This document shows, piece by piece, positions 1 to 8,612 of a DNA stretch of 64,000 nt. The notes beneath the pieces were generated by a model, which was not told the DNA's origin, ran no database searches, and worked only from the letters and a program-made list of their open reading frames with translations. The translations under genes and the position numbers were made by a program. Numbering within the stretch: the first letter of the stretch is position 1; every line of letters begins with the position of its first letter. Source of the stretch: Hyphomicrobiales bacterium (GTDB lineage: Bacteria; Pseudomonadota; Alphaproteobacteria; Reyranellales; Reyranellaceae); contig JBEPUH010000024.1 in assembly GCA_041691635.1 (NCBI GenBank), positions 4,677 through 68,676 of the forward strand. Direction: 5' to 3'.

Positions 1-541
1 AGTTGCAGCGAATGTTGTCGGCGGCATGCTCGAGCGCCACCGACTTGGCGAGCAGCCGCACGCCGCCCTTGGTCGCAGAATAGCCCGCCAGCCCCGGCGC
101 ACCGCGCAGGCCCGCCACCGACGACATCAGCACGATCGAGCCGCCGCCCGCCTTCTTCATCGCGGGAATGGAATGCTTGATCGACAGGAACACGCCGTCG
201 AGGTTGATCGCCTGCTGCTTCTGCCAGTCGGCCAGGGTCATGGTCGCGATCGGCGCCATGATGCCGATGCCGGCGTTGGCCACCATGATGTCGAGCCGGC
301 CGAAGCGCTTTTCGGCCTCGGCGACGATGCCGGGCCAGGCGGCCTCGTCGCGCACGTCGTGGTTCACGTAGTACGCGGTGCCGCCCGCCTTGACGATGCG
401 TTGGACGACGTCCTTGCCGCGCAGGTCGTCGATGTCGGCGATCAGGACCGACGCGCCCGCCCGCGCCAGCGTCTGCGAGCAGGCCTCGCCGATGCCGGAT
501 GCACCGCCGGTGACGATGGCGGCCTTGCTTGTGAGCATCAT
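1..541 (-). CDS. short-chain dehydrogenase/reductase (SDR); C-terminus runs off the window
   Basis: Reverse-strand translation from ATG at 541 gives MMLTSKAAIVTGGASGIGEAC...MVANAGIG...YSATKGG. This shows the TGxxxGIG Rossmann motif, the NAG motif and the YxxxK catalytic motif. It is absent from the ORF track because it is open at the window edge. Confidence 0.85.
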   Translation of the reverse strand, partial: MMLTSKAAIVTGGASGIGEACSQTLARAGASVLIADIDDLRGKDVVQRIVKAGGTAYYVNHDVRDEAAWPGIVAEAEKRFGRLDIMVANAGIGIMAPIATMTLADWQKQQAINLDGVFLSIKHSIPAMKKAGGGSIVLMSSVAGLRGAPGLAGYSATKGGVRLLAKSVALEHAADNIRCN

Positions 542-647
542 CGTTACGTTCCCCTCGTATTTGGGCCCGATATGGCACCTTGAACCGTAAGGACATCCAC
601 CTCACATTGAGGCCGTTGGCAATGTCCAACTACAGGGTGCAGCAATC

Positions 648-1610
648 ATGAAATCTCGTTGGCTGGCGGCTCTCGTGGCCGTCGTCTTGATCGTGCCGAT
701 GACGGCCGATGCGCGCGTCGGCGGCGGCGGCAGCAGCGGCAGCCGAGGCGGCCAGACGGGGGCGACCCCCGCGCCGACCCGGACCGCGCCCAAAGCCGCC
801 CCGATCGAGCGCAGCGCCACGCCGACGCAGAGCGCCAAGCCGGCGACCGGCGTTGCGCAGGCCGCTCCCGCCGCGCAAGGCAGCTTCTTCTCGCGCCACC
901 CGTTCCTGACGGGAATGATCGGCGCCGGCCTGTTCGGCATGATGTTCGGCGGCGGCTTCGGCGGCGCGGCCGGCATGTTCGGCCTGGTGCTGCAGCTCGC
1001 GTTGATCGGCGGCCTCGGCTACCTGGCGTATCGCTTTTTCCGCGGCCGCATGGCGGCCTCGCCGCAATCGGCTTACGCCGGCGCGGTCGCGCCGCGCCTG
1101 GTGGAGCCGCCCCTCACGCGCAGCAGCGTGCCACTCACTGGTGGTGGCGGCGGCGGCACACCCGCGACGGCGCCGATTACCGGCGGCGCGCCTCCGGCGG
1201 CGCCGATGGCCATCACGACGGAAGACTACAGCGCGTTCGAGAGCCTGCTCGGCGGCATCCAGGCCGCCTATGGCGCCGGCGACCTCGCGAAGCTGCGCCC
1301 GCTCGTCAGTCCGGAAATGCTCGGCTACTTCTCCGAGCAGCTCTCGGGCAATGCCAGCCGCGGCCTCGAGAACAAGGTCGAGGCGGTGAAACTCGAGCAG
1401 GGCGATCTCTCCGAGGCGTGGAGCGAGGCCGGCCTCGACTACGCCACCGTCGCCATGCGCTTCAGCCTGATCGACTACTCGCGGCGCCTCAGCGACGGCG
1501 CGATCGTCGAGGGCAATGCGCAGGCCCGCACCGAGGTCACCGAAATCTGGACCTTCCTGCGCAGCCGCGGCGGCAGCTGGATCCTCTCGGCGATCCAGCA
1601 GACGGCCTGA
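648..1610 (+). CDS. Tim44-like domain membrane protein
   Basis: 320-aa ORF with an N-terminal signal/TM segment, a low-complexity linker and a Gly-rich TM segment (GMIGAGLFGMMFGGGFGG). The C-terminal ~140 aa resembles the bacterial Tim44-like domain (DYSAFESLLGGIQAAY...EIWTFLR...WILSAIQQ). The antisense ORF 630..1613 is Arg-rich junk. Confidence 0.7.
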   Translation: MKSRWLAALVAVVLIVPMTADARVGGGGSSGSRGGQTGATPAPTRTAPKAAPIERSATPTQSAKPATGVAQAAPAAQGSFFSRHPFLTGMIGAGLFGMMFGGGFGGAAGMFGLVLQLALIGGLGYLAYRFFRGRMAASPQSAYAGAVAPRLVEPPLTRSSVPLTGGGGGGTPATAPITGGAPPAAPMAITTEDYSAFESLLGGIQAAYGAGDLAKLRPLVSPEMLGYFSEQLSGNASRGLENKVEAVKLEQGDLSEAWSEAGLDYATVAMRFSLIDYSRRLSDGAIVEGNAQARTEVTEIWTFLRSRGGSWILSAIQQTA

Positions 1611-1658
1611 CAAGCGACGCCGCTTCGTCCCGCAGGCGAAGCGGCGCGCCCTGCCCGA

Positions 1659-2180
1659 TTACTTGACGGCGACCAGTTCGATCGATGCCACACCCGCGGC
1701 GATGTTCAGTCCGACGCTGCCTTCGACGCTGACCGGCTGCAGAGTAATCTGCTTGTCGCTGCCGCCCAGCAGCACGTTGGCACCGACACCGAGGCCGACC
1801 GCAGCGCTTGCCGACACGCCGCCGTACTCACCGGCAATCGCGCCGCGGCTGATATTGCCGGGTGCGAACACCAGCCAGACGATGTGCGCTTCCTTGGTGA
1901 AGCCGATATCGACGCCGAACTTCTTGACCGTGCCCTGATAGTGCTCGGCGACGCCATCGGTGCGGGCCAGCAGGCAGTCCAGCGCCTTGGACGATCCGAA
2001 GATGAAGCCGGCGCCGCCCGCGACCGTGCAGCTCAACGAGCCGACATTGACGCCCGACTTGCCGTGCGCCGCCGCCGTACCGGCTGCGGCCGGGGCCGGG
2101 GCCGCGGTCTGGGCAAAAGCCGCCGTGCTTGCAACAAGAGTAGCCGCAGCGCAAAGCGCCGCCGAAATCGATCGCCGCAT
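1659..2180 (-). CDS. DUF992 family secreted protein
   Basis: Internal start MRRSISAALCAAATLVASTAAFAQ (signal peptide) within ORF 1659..2582. The Gly/Val-rich body (CTVAGGAGFIFGSS...VGLGVGANVLLGGS) matches my recollection of DUF992 proteins. The upstream part of the ORF is Arg/Pro-rich and non-coding-like. Confidence 0.65.
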   Translation of the reverse strand: MRRSISAALCAAATLVASTAAFAQTAAPAPAAAGTAAAHGKSGVNVGSLSCTVAGGAGFIFGSSKALDCLLARTDGVAEHYQGTVKKFGVDIGFTKEAHIVWLVFAPGNISRGAIAGEYGGVSASAAVGLGVGANVLLGGSDKQITLQPVSVEGSVGLNIAAGVASIELVAVK

Positions 2181-2319
2181 GTTCTTTCTCCTTCGATTGC
2201 CCCGGAGTCGAGGAGGATCCCGGGAAGCGTTAGCCAAACGCGGGCAAAGGGAAATCGATGCGCCGAGGGACGAAAATAGATCGCTTTGGCGTGAAAACGC
2301 CGGACGACAGGGGCCCGCC

Positions 2320-3093
2320 TCAGCGGCCCTTCCAGTTGCCGACGCGCTTCTCGGCGTAGGACTTGATGCCTTCCTTGAAGTCCTCGGTCTTGCGCAGCCA
2401 GTCCTGCTCGGTGAGCTCGCGCTCGGTGGCGATCTCGGCGCCGTCGGCGAAGGCGCGGCGCATGGTCTCGCGCGTCGATACCACGGCGAGCGGCGAACTC
2501 TCGGCGATCTCGGTGGCGAGCTTGATCGCCTCCTTGCGCACGTCGGCCAGCGGCACGAACACGTCGGCCATGCCCCATTCATAGGCCTGCTGGCCGCCGA
2601 TGCGGCGGCCGGTATAGAACATCAGGTTGGCGCGCTGCTGGCCGACCAGGTGCGGCAGGGTGAAGGTCAGCGAGAAGCCGGGATGGAAGCCCAGCCGCGT
2701 GAAGTTGGCGGCGAAGCGCGCCTCGGCACAGGTGACGCGGAAGTCGGGCACGAGGGCCAGGCCAAGGCCGCCGCCGATCGCCGGGCCCTGGATGGCGCCG
2801 ACCGACGGCTTCTTCGAGCGAAACAGGCGCGTGGCTTCCTTGTAGAGATGCTTGCCGCTCTCGGCCGAGCCGGTCTGCGGACGGTTGGCGAAGTCGGCGC
2901 CGGCGCAGAACGACTTGCCGTCCGAGCACAGCACATAGGCGCGGATGTTGTTGTCCTTGTCGAAGGCCTCGAAGGCGTCGGCAATCTGGTTGATCAGCGC
3001 GTTGTCGAAGAAGTTGTGCGGCGGGCGCCGGATTTCGACGATGCCGACATGACCTTCGTTCGAGATGCCGATATCCTTGAAGGTGCCGCTCAT
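2320..3093 (-). CDS. enoyl-CoA hydratase/isomerase (crotonase) family protein
   Basis: Starts at MSGTFKDIGISNEGHVGIVEIRRPPHNFF within the fused ORF 2320..4152. It carries the crotonase oxyanion-hole region SDGKSFCAGADF and GPAIGGGLGLAL. Confidence 0.85.
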   Translation of the reverse strand: MSGTFKDIGISNEGHVGIVEIRRPPHNFFDNALINQIADAFEAFDKDNNIRAYVLCSDGKSFCAGADFANRPQTGSAESGKHLYKEATRLFRSKKPSVGAIQGPAIGGGLGLALVPDFRVTCAEARFAANFTRLGFHPGFSLTFTLPHLVGQQRANLMFYTGRRIGGQQAYEWGMADVFVPLADVRKEAIKLATEIAESSPLAVVSTRETMRRAFADGAEIATERELTEQDWLRKTEDFKEGIKSYAEKRVGNWKGR

Positions 3094-3171
3094 TTGTTTC
3101 CCCTCGGGTTTCACGTGAGCGGCGATATTGCCCCGCGTTGAGGGCATCCGTCGAGTTTGGGAGCAGGAATA

Positions 3172-4113
3172 ATGTCGCAAAGCGAACGCCCCCCAGCAGC
3201 GCATGCACTGGTCATCGGCGGCGGCACCATGGGCGTCGGCATCATCGCCATGTTCCTGGGCGGCGGCTGGACCGTCGATGTGGTGTCGCGCTCGGCGTCG
3301 ACCCGCGACGGGTTGGCCGCGGCCACCGCCAAGGCGCTGGGCGCCATGGGCAAGCCCACCTCGACGGCGGGGCTGAAAACCTTCGCCACGCTGCCCGAGG
3401 CCCAGTGGAAGAAGATCGAGTTGGCCGTCGAGACGGTGACCGAGGATTTGGCACTGAAGCAGAAGCTGTTCGCCGAGATGGAGGTGCTCGCCACGCCGGG
3501 CTGCGCGCTCACGTCGAATTCCTCGAGCTTCCCGATCAGCGAGATCGCCAAGGGACTGAAGACGCAGGGCCGCATGATGGGCCTGCACTTCTTCATGCCG
3601 GCGCATCTGATCCCCCTGGTCGAGGTCGTGCGCTCGATCCACACCGACGTGACCGAAGCCGAAAGGGTCGGCGCGATCATGAGCGCGCTCGGCAAGCGGC
3701 CGGTGCAGGTGAAGAAGGACGTGATCGGCTTTTTGGGCAACCGGATCCAGGGCGCCTTGATGAGGGAAGCCTTGTGGCTCATCGAGGAAGGCGTCGCCAG
3801 CCCCGAGGACATCGACGCCACGGTGCGGCTGTCGTTCGGCTTCCGCTATGCCGCCGCCGGCCCGATCGTGCAGAAGGAGCATTCGGGCTGGGACACGACC
3901 TGCGCGGTCGCCAAGATCATCTGGCCCGACCTCAACAACGCCAAGGGCCCGCCGCCGGTGCTGCAGAAGAACGTCGACGAGGGCCGCATCGGCTTCAAGA
4001 CCAAGCACGGCTTCTTCGAATGGACCGACGAATCGATAGCAAAAGAGCGCGCGCGGTATGAGCGGGCGCTGCGGAAATGTCTGGAAATTTTCAAGGAAGA
4101 AGGAATCGTCTGA
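3172..4113 (+). CDS. 3-hydroxyacyl-CoA dehydrogenase family protein (NAD-binding)
   Basis: VIGGGTMGVGIA Rossmann motif and a typical HBD/HADH core (GLHFFMPAHLIPLVEVV, KDVIGFLGNRIQ). The ATG at 3172 is preceded by GGAGCAGGA; the ORF track starts at TTG 3157. Confidence 0.85.
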   Translation: MSQSERPPAAHALVIGGGTMGVGIIAMFLGGGWTVDVVSRSASTRDGLAAATAKALGAMGKPTSTAGLKTFATLPEAQWKKIELAVETVTEDLALKQKLFAEMEVLATPGCALTSNSSSFPISEIAKGLKTQGRMMGLHFFMPAHLIPLVEVVRSIHTDVTEAERVGAIMSALGKRPVQVKKDVIGFLGNRIQGALMREALWLIEEGVASPEDIDATVRLSFGFRYAAAGPIVQKEHSGWDTTCAVAKIIWPDLNNAKGPPPVLQKNVDEGRIGFKTKHGFFEWTDESIAKERARYERALRKCLEIFKEEGIV

Positions 4114-4206
4114 ACGAGCGCGGCTCCGCAGCGCTGGCGGGCGGCAGCGCATTCATATGCGCGAGAGCCCGCACGGTTCAGAATAGATAAAGGGTGTCGA
4201 AGCTCT

Positions 4207-4268
4207 GACCCCTCCGCCCTCGTAAGACGAGGGCACCTCCCCTTCGCGGACCCCGCGAAGGGGAGGGC
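4207..4268. repeat. GC-rich nested palindromic intergenic repeat (REP-like), copy A
   Basis: gacccctccgccCTCGtaagaCGAGggcaCCTCCCCTTCGCGGaccCCGCGAAGGGGAGGgc contains two hairpins. The 5' half is near-identical to 19751-19790. It lies between the convergent ends of the HADH and helicase genes. Confidence 0.7.
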
Positions 4269-4278
4269 AACTCTTTAA

Positions 4279-6033
4279 CTAGGCAGCGCGGCCGCGACCG
4301 CGGCCTCCGCCGCCTCCGCCGCCGAACTTGCGACCCTTCCAGGCCGGGCGCGGAGTCTGCGGGCGGTCACCCTGCGGACGATCTCCCTGCGGACGGTCGC
4401 CCTGAGGACGGGCGAGATAGGGACGGTCGCTGCGCGGACGATCACCCTGCGGACGATCACCGTGCGGACGATCGCCGTGCGGCCGATCGTTGCGCGGGCG
4501 ATCTGCCTGCGGACGGTCGCCTCTGGGACGATCGCCATGGGGACGATCACCATGGGGGCGGGCGCCGTAAGAACGCTCACCCTGCGGGCGATCCGCCTGG
4601 GGGCGATCACCCTGGGGACGCTCGCCTTGCGGGCGGTCACGGAAGTCGCCGCCGCGGAACTCGGCGTTGGCCGGCGCCGGCGGACGATCGCCGCGCGCCT
4701 GGTCGTGGCCGGTGCGGTCGTGCACCGGGCGATCGCCGAACGAACGGCGGCCGCCGTGGCCACCGGGACGGCCACCGCCACCATTGCCGCCACCCGGGCG
4801 GCCGCGCTGGAAGCGGCCGTTGCGCTGCTCGTTCTCGCCGGAATCGTGGGCCTCGCGTTCGGCACGCGGACGCATCGGCGGAGCGGCCGGCATGTCCTCG
4901 TTGGACGGCGTCGGCACGACGGCGATGCGCTGGCTGGTGAGCTTCTCGATCGACCGCAACTGGCCGCGCTCGCTGCCGTCGCAGAACGACAGAGCGACAC
5001 CCGAGGCGCCGGCGCGCGCGGTGCGGCCGATGCGGTGGACGTAGCTCTCGGCGTCGGCCGGCAGCTCGAAGTTGATGACGTGGGTCACGCCCGTCACGTC
5101 GATGCCGCGCGAGGCAAGATCGGTTGCGACCAGCACGCGGGCCTTGCCGCGGCTGAAGTTGTCGAGCGCCTTCTGGCGCGCGTTCTGGCTCTTGTTGCCG
5201 TGGATGGCCTCGGAGCGGACACCCTGGTCCTCGAGCGCCTCGGCGACGCGGTTGGCGCCGCGCTTGGTGCGCGTGAAGACGATGACCCGCTCGAGCGCGG
5301 CGTCGGACAGCAGATGGCTGAGCAGCGCGCGCTTGGTCGAGGAGTTCACGAAGTAGACGCGCTGGTCGATCTTCTCGATCGTGCGGCCCTGCGGGACGAT
5401 CTCGACCTTCTCGGGGTTCTTCAGGATCTCGTTGGCGAGCTTGGCGATGTCGTTCGGCATGGTGGCCGAGAACAGCAGCGTCTGGCGGGTCTTGGCGACC
5501 AGGGCGGAGATGCGGCGCACGTCGCGCACGAAGCCCATGTCGAACATGCGATCGGCCTCGTCGAGGACGAAGAAGGTCACCTGGCCGAGCTTGACGTTGC
5601 CGCGCTCGATGAGATCGAGCAAACGGCCCGGCGTGGCGACGAGGATGTCGACGCCGCGCTGCAAGGTCTCGATCTGGTGGCCATAGCCCAGGCCACCGAC
5701 CACGGTGCACAGGCGCAGGCCGAGGCCGTAGCCGTAGGTCTCGAAGCTGCGCGCGATCTGCACGGCGAGCTCACGCGTCGGCGCCAGCACGAGCGCCCGC
5801 GGGCTCTTGGGCTGCGCGCGGACAGTGGTGCTCGACAGGTGCTGCAGGATCGGCAGCGCGAACGCCGCCGTCTTGCCGGTGCCGGTCTGGGCGATGCCCA
5901 GCACGTCGCGGCCCTGCAGCAGCGCGGGAATGGTGCGCTCCTGGATCGGCGTCGGGGTGGTGTACTTGGCTGCAGACAATGCACGCAGCAACGTCTCGGA
6001 CAGGCCGAGATCGGCGAAAGTTACATTACTCAC
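4279..6033 (-). CDS. DEAD-box ATP-dependent RNA helicase with repetitive C-terminal tail
   Basis: Helicase motifs are present: AQTGTGKT (I), PTRELA (Ia), VLDEADRM (DEAD), SAT and HRIGRTARAG (VI). I favour the GTG start at 6033 (VSNVTFADLGLSE, preceded by AAGGA). The ORF also stays open to ATG 6159, so the start is uncertain. Confidence 0.9.
   Translation of the reverse strand: MSNVTFADLGLSETLLRALSAAKYTTPTPIQERTIPALLQGRDVLGIAQTGTGKTAAFALPILQHLSSTTVRAQPKSPRALVLAPTRELAVQIARSFETYGYGLGLRLCTVVGGLGYGHQIETLQRGVDILVATPGRLLDLIERGNVKLGQVTFFVLDEADRMFDMGFVRDVRRISALVAKTRQTLLFSATMPNDIAKLANEILKNPEKVEIVPQGRTIEKIDQRVYFVNSSTKRALLSHLLSDAALERVIVFTRTKRGANRVAEALEDQGVRSEAIHGNKSQNARQKALDNFSRGKARVLVATDLASRGIDVTGVTHVINFELPADAESYVHRIGRTARAGASGVALSFCDGSERGQLRSIEKLTSQRIAVVPTPSNEDMPAAPPMRPRAEREAHDSGENEQRNGRFQRGRPGGGNGGGGRPGGHGGRRSFGDRPVHDRTGHDQARGDRPPAPANAEFRGGDFRDRPQGERPQGDRPQADRPQGERSYGARPHGDRPHGDRPRGDRPQADRPRNDRPHGDRPHGDRPQGDRPRSDRPYLARPQGDRPQGDRPQGDRPQTPRPAWKGRKFGGGGGGGRGRGRAA
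4339..4640 (-). repeat. coding tandem repeat, 15-nt period (about 20 units of the pentapeptide G/A-D/E-R-P-Q/H/R)
   Basis: The protein tail reads DRPQGERPQGDRPQADRPQGERSYGARPHGDRPHGDRPRGDRPQADRPRNDRPHGDRPHGDRPQGDRPRSDRPYLARPQGDRPQGDRPQGDRPQT, followed by a GGGGGGGRGRGR terminus. Confidence 0.85.
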
Positions 6034-6265
6034 TTGGAAAATAGTCCTTACGGCCGCCAGCTCTGGCGGCTTTGGCTCACTCCCCGGCGCGGCGGAGGCG
6101 GCTCTTTCTTCTGGGAGATTGTCTCGGATGAAGCGCCGTCTGTAAGGCGCGTCGCGCAATCGCGAGAAATCTGGTTGCCCGCACGTATTGGGGCTTCGGC
6201 GTATATGATGGTGCAGCGCAGCGAAGTCAAGCGACGTATTTAAGGCAGCTGATTACGTCGCTTTC

Positions 6266-6859
6266 TCAAGAGCTTGTCCCCAAGCCGGCCTCAAGGCGTT
6301 GGCGCTCTTGACCGAGGGCCTCCGCGAAGCGCTGCTTCAGCGCGTCGGGATCGGCGGTCCGGGGAACCTCAAAGTCGATATGGAGCGAGATCGGTCCTTC
6401 ATTCGTCTTGTCCAACTCGGGGACGACACGACTGATCCAGCCTTCATCGCCAACCCGGAAAATCAACTTGTGTGCCCACAGCCACAGGGCCTGGCGCACC
6501 TGCGCGTCGTCGGCTCGATCTCGTACGTCAAGAGGGTAGGCTTGCCCGACGCGCGTTCTTTGGCGGTCGACGACGAAGGAGTCCCGATCCGCGCGAGTCC
6601 GGCAATCGACGTGGAGACAATGGACGATCCCGCGGAAGGCAAGGAGTTCGTCCGGCGACACCGCGTCAACATGGATGAAGAGATGCGTGAGCGACCTGAT
6701 GTCGGGCTCCAGGCCAGCGAAATGCGGTCCGAGCTTCCCCTCGTCCGCTGCCTGCTCGAAAAGAGCGATGGCCTGCCGCGCGCCTTCATTGTCCACCGCA
6801 CCGTCGCGCGGATCGTTGCCGGACGACCGGAAGTCGAGGTGGATCGTCTGTCGCGCCAT
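6266..6859 (-). CDS. hypothetical protein (no family recognised)
   Basis: 197-aa ORF with a balanced, protein-like composition (MARQTIHLDFRSSGNDPRDG...). It starts 6 nt after the D-aminoacylase stop. It fills the interval between two 36-nt direct repeats (see findings). Confidence 0.5.
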   Translation of the reverse strand: MARQTIHLDFRSSGNDPRDGAVDNEGARQAIALFEQAADEGKLGPHFAGLEPDIRSLTHLFIHVDAVSPDELLAFRGIVHCLHVDCRTRADRDSFVVDRQRTRVGQAYPLDVRDRADDAQVRQALWLWAHKLIFRVGDEGWISRVVPELDKTNEGPISLHIDFEVPRTADPDALKQRFAEALGQERQRLEAGLGTSS

Positions 6860-6865
6860 CGATGG

Positions 6866-8560
6866 CTAAGGACGCCGCTTCCTCAAGAGCTTGCCCGGCA
6901 GCGCGCCGGTCGGCTCGTTGTCCCTGAGCAGCACCTGGCCGTTCACGATGGTGGCCCGCATGCCGTCGGCCTTCTGGCGCAGGCGTTTGGCGCCGGCGGG
7001 AAGATCGGTCACGACCTCGGGCATGCGCGGGCCCACGGTGTCGGGATCGAACACGACGATGTCGGCCGCCATGCCCTCGCGCAACAGGCCGCGGTCGTGG
7101 AAGCCGAACTGCGTGGCCGTATCGCAGGTGATGAGCTTCACCGCTTCTTCCAGCGTGAACGCCTGGCGCTCGCGCACCCAGTGGCTGAGCAGGTGCGTCT
7201 GCAGCGAGGAGTCCATGATCTGCGAGACGTGCGCGCCGGAATCCGAGAAGGTCACCACCGAGCGCGGATGCTTCATCAGCTCAAGCGCCTCGGTCTGATT
7301 CTCGTTGGCGACCGGCTGCATCATGAAGAACTTCATGTCGCGCTCGAGCGCCATGTCGATCATCAGCTCGACCGGATGCGTGTTCTTCTGGCGCGCGAGT
7401 TCGGCCATCGACTTGTGCGGGCCCTTCATGTCGGTCATGGCGTAGATATAGTCCCACTCCGGCGGTCGCGCCTCGGTGCCGCGCACCTCGGGTCCCTCGT
7501 AGGGCTTGGACGCGACCTCGACGAGGCGGCGGCGCAACTCGGGATCGAGCAGCGCCTTCTTCTGCTCGGCGAGCGGCCGGGTGCGCATCTCGCTCCAGAC
7601 GTCCCACTTGTCGAACGGCAGTTGCGTCTCGAACGACAGCAGCACGTTCAGCGCCCGGCTGTGGACCTGGGCGAACATGCGGCCGCCCTGGGCCACGGTG
7701 CGCTCGATGATGTCGAAGGTGCTGCGCCAGCCGCCCGGCATCTTGCGCCGGTTGAACAGGCCGAAGGTGATCGGCCGGCCGCTCTCGATGGCGAGCTTGG
7801 ACAGGCCTTCGTAATAGACCTTGGCCTTGGCGCTGACCGCACCCGTGGGCTCGCCCGCCACTTCAACCAGGCCCGCGCCCATCGCCTTCACCAGGGTCTC
7901 GAACTCGTGCCACGACGCCAGGCGGCTGGCGACCGGCTTGTCGTCGGAGGTCTGGTGATTGACCGAGCGCGTGGTCGAGAAGCCGATGGCGCCGGCGGCG
8001 ATCGCTTCCTTCACGTGGCCCACCATCTGGGCGAGATCGTCCTCGCTCGCCTCGTCGGTAAAGGCGCGCTGGCCCATGACGTGCGTGCGCACGGCGCAGT
8101 GGCCGACATAGCCCGCGTAGTTGATGCCCTTGGGCAGCGACTCCAGCACGTCGAGGAATTGCGGGAACGTCTCCCAGCGCCACTTGATGCCGGCCAGCAT
8201 GGCGGCGCGGCTGATGTCCTCGGCGCGCTCGAGGTTGCGGAACACCATGTCGGCCTCGGCTTCGCGGCACGGCGCCAGGGTAAAGCCGCAGTTGCCCATG
8301 ACCACGCTGGTCACGCCCTGGAAGCACGAGCTGGTGCCGATCGGATCCCAGAAGATCTGCGCGTCCATGTGGGTGTGGCCATCGACGAAGCCCGGCGAGA
8401 CGACGTGGCCCGCGGCATCGAGCGTCTGCTTGGCGGAAACGCCGGTGAGGCGGCCGATCTCGGCGATCTTGCCGTCCTTCACACCGATGTCGCCGCGGTA
8501 GCGCGGCAGTCCGGAACCGTCGACGATCATGCCGTCTTTCACGAGCAAATCGTAGGCCAT
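6866..8560 (-). CDS. N-acyl-D-amino-acid deacylase (D-aminoacylase) family amidohydrolase
   Basis: MAYDLLVKDGMIVDGSG...VSPGFVDGHTHMD shows the HxH metal site. VVMGNCGFTLAP and the 564-aa length are typical of this family. Confidence 0.85.
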   Translation of the reverse strand: MAYDLLVKDGMIVDGSGLPRYRGDIGVKDGKIAEIGRLTGVSAKQTLDAAGHVVSPGFVDGHTHMDAQIFWDPIGTSSCFQGVTSVVMGNCGFTLAPCREAEADMVFRNLERAEDISRAAMLAGIKWRWETFPQFLDVLESLPKGINYAGYVGHCAVRTHVMGQRAFTDEASEDDLAQMVGHVKEAIAAGAIGFSTTRSVNHQTSDDKPVASRLASWHEFETLVKAMGAGLVEVAGEPTGAVSAKAKVYYEGLSKLAIESGRPITFGLFNRRKMPGGWRSTFDIIERTVAQGGRMFAQVHSRALNVLLSFETQLPFDKWDVWSEMRTRPLAEQKKALLDPELRRRLVEVASKPYEGPEVRGTEARPPEWDYIYAMTDMKGPHKSMAELARQKNTHPVELMIDMALERDMKFFMMQPVANENQTEALELMKHPRSVVTFSDSGAHVSQIMDSSLQTHLLSHWVRERQAFTLEEAVKLITCDTATQFGFHDRGLLREGMAADIVVFDPDTVGPRMPEVVTDLPAGAKRLRQKADGMRATIVNGQVLLRDNEPTGALPGKLLRKRRP

Positions 8561-8612
8561 GGCGTTCCTCCAATGTGGCCCCTAGGATAGTCCAACAAGG
8601 AGGCGAGGAAAC

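Noticed and set aside
630-1613. Long antisense ORFs throughout the track. Examples: 630..1613(-), 1960..3141(+), 4462..6243(+), 6299..8590(+), 7863..9716(-), 10521..12380(+), 19863..21161(-), 23653..24792(-), 24129..25754(+), 27062..28447(-), 29480..31315(-), 31554..33395(+), 40016..42079(-), 47658..49313(+), 50070..51425(-), 61224..62783(+).
   Set aside because: They lie opposite genes with clear family motifs. Their compositions are extremely Arg/Ala/Gly/Pro/His-rich and low in complexity, typical of shadow ORFs in high-GC DNA. They contain no recognisable motifs.
4300-4700. A regular 15-nt periodic repeat that could superficially resemble a repeat array.
   Set aside because: It lies entirely inside the helicase reading frame and encodes pentapeptide repeats. 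There are no spacers and no CRISPR-like repeat length.
6229-6263. A 10-bp inverted repeat (aagcgacgta...tacgtcgctt) just downstream of the orphan ORF, considered as an integron attC site or intrinsic terminator.
   Set aside because: It has no RYYYAAC/GTTRRRY core sites, no integrase nearby and no T-run after the stem on the transcribed strand. It may still be a weak stem-loop, but I cannot support a call.
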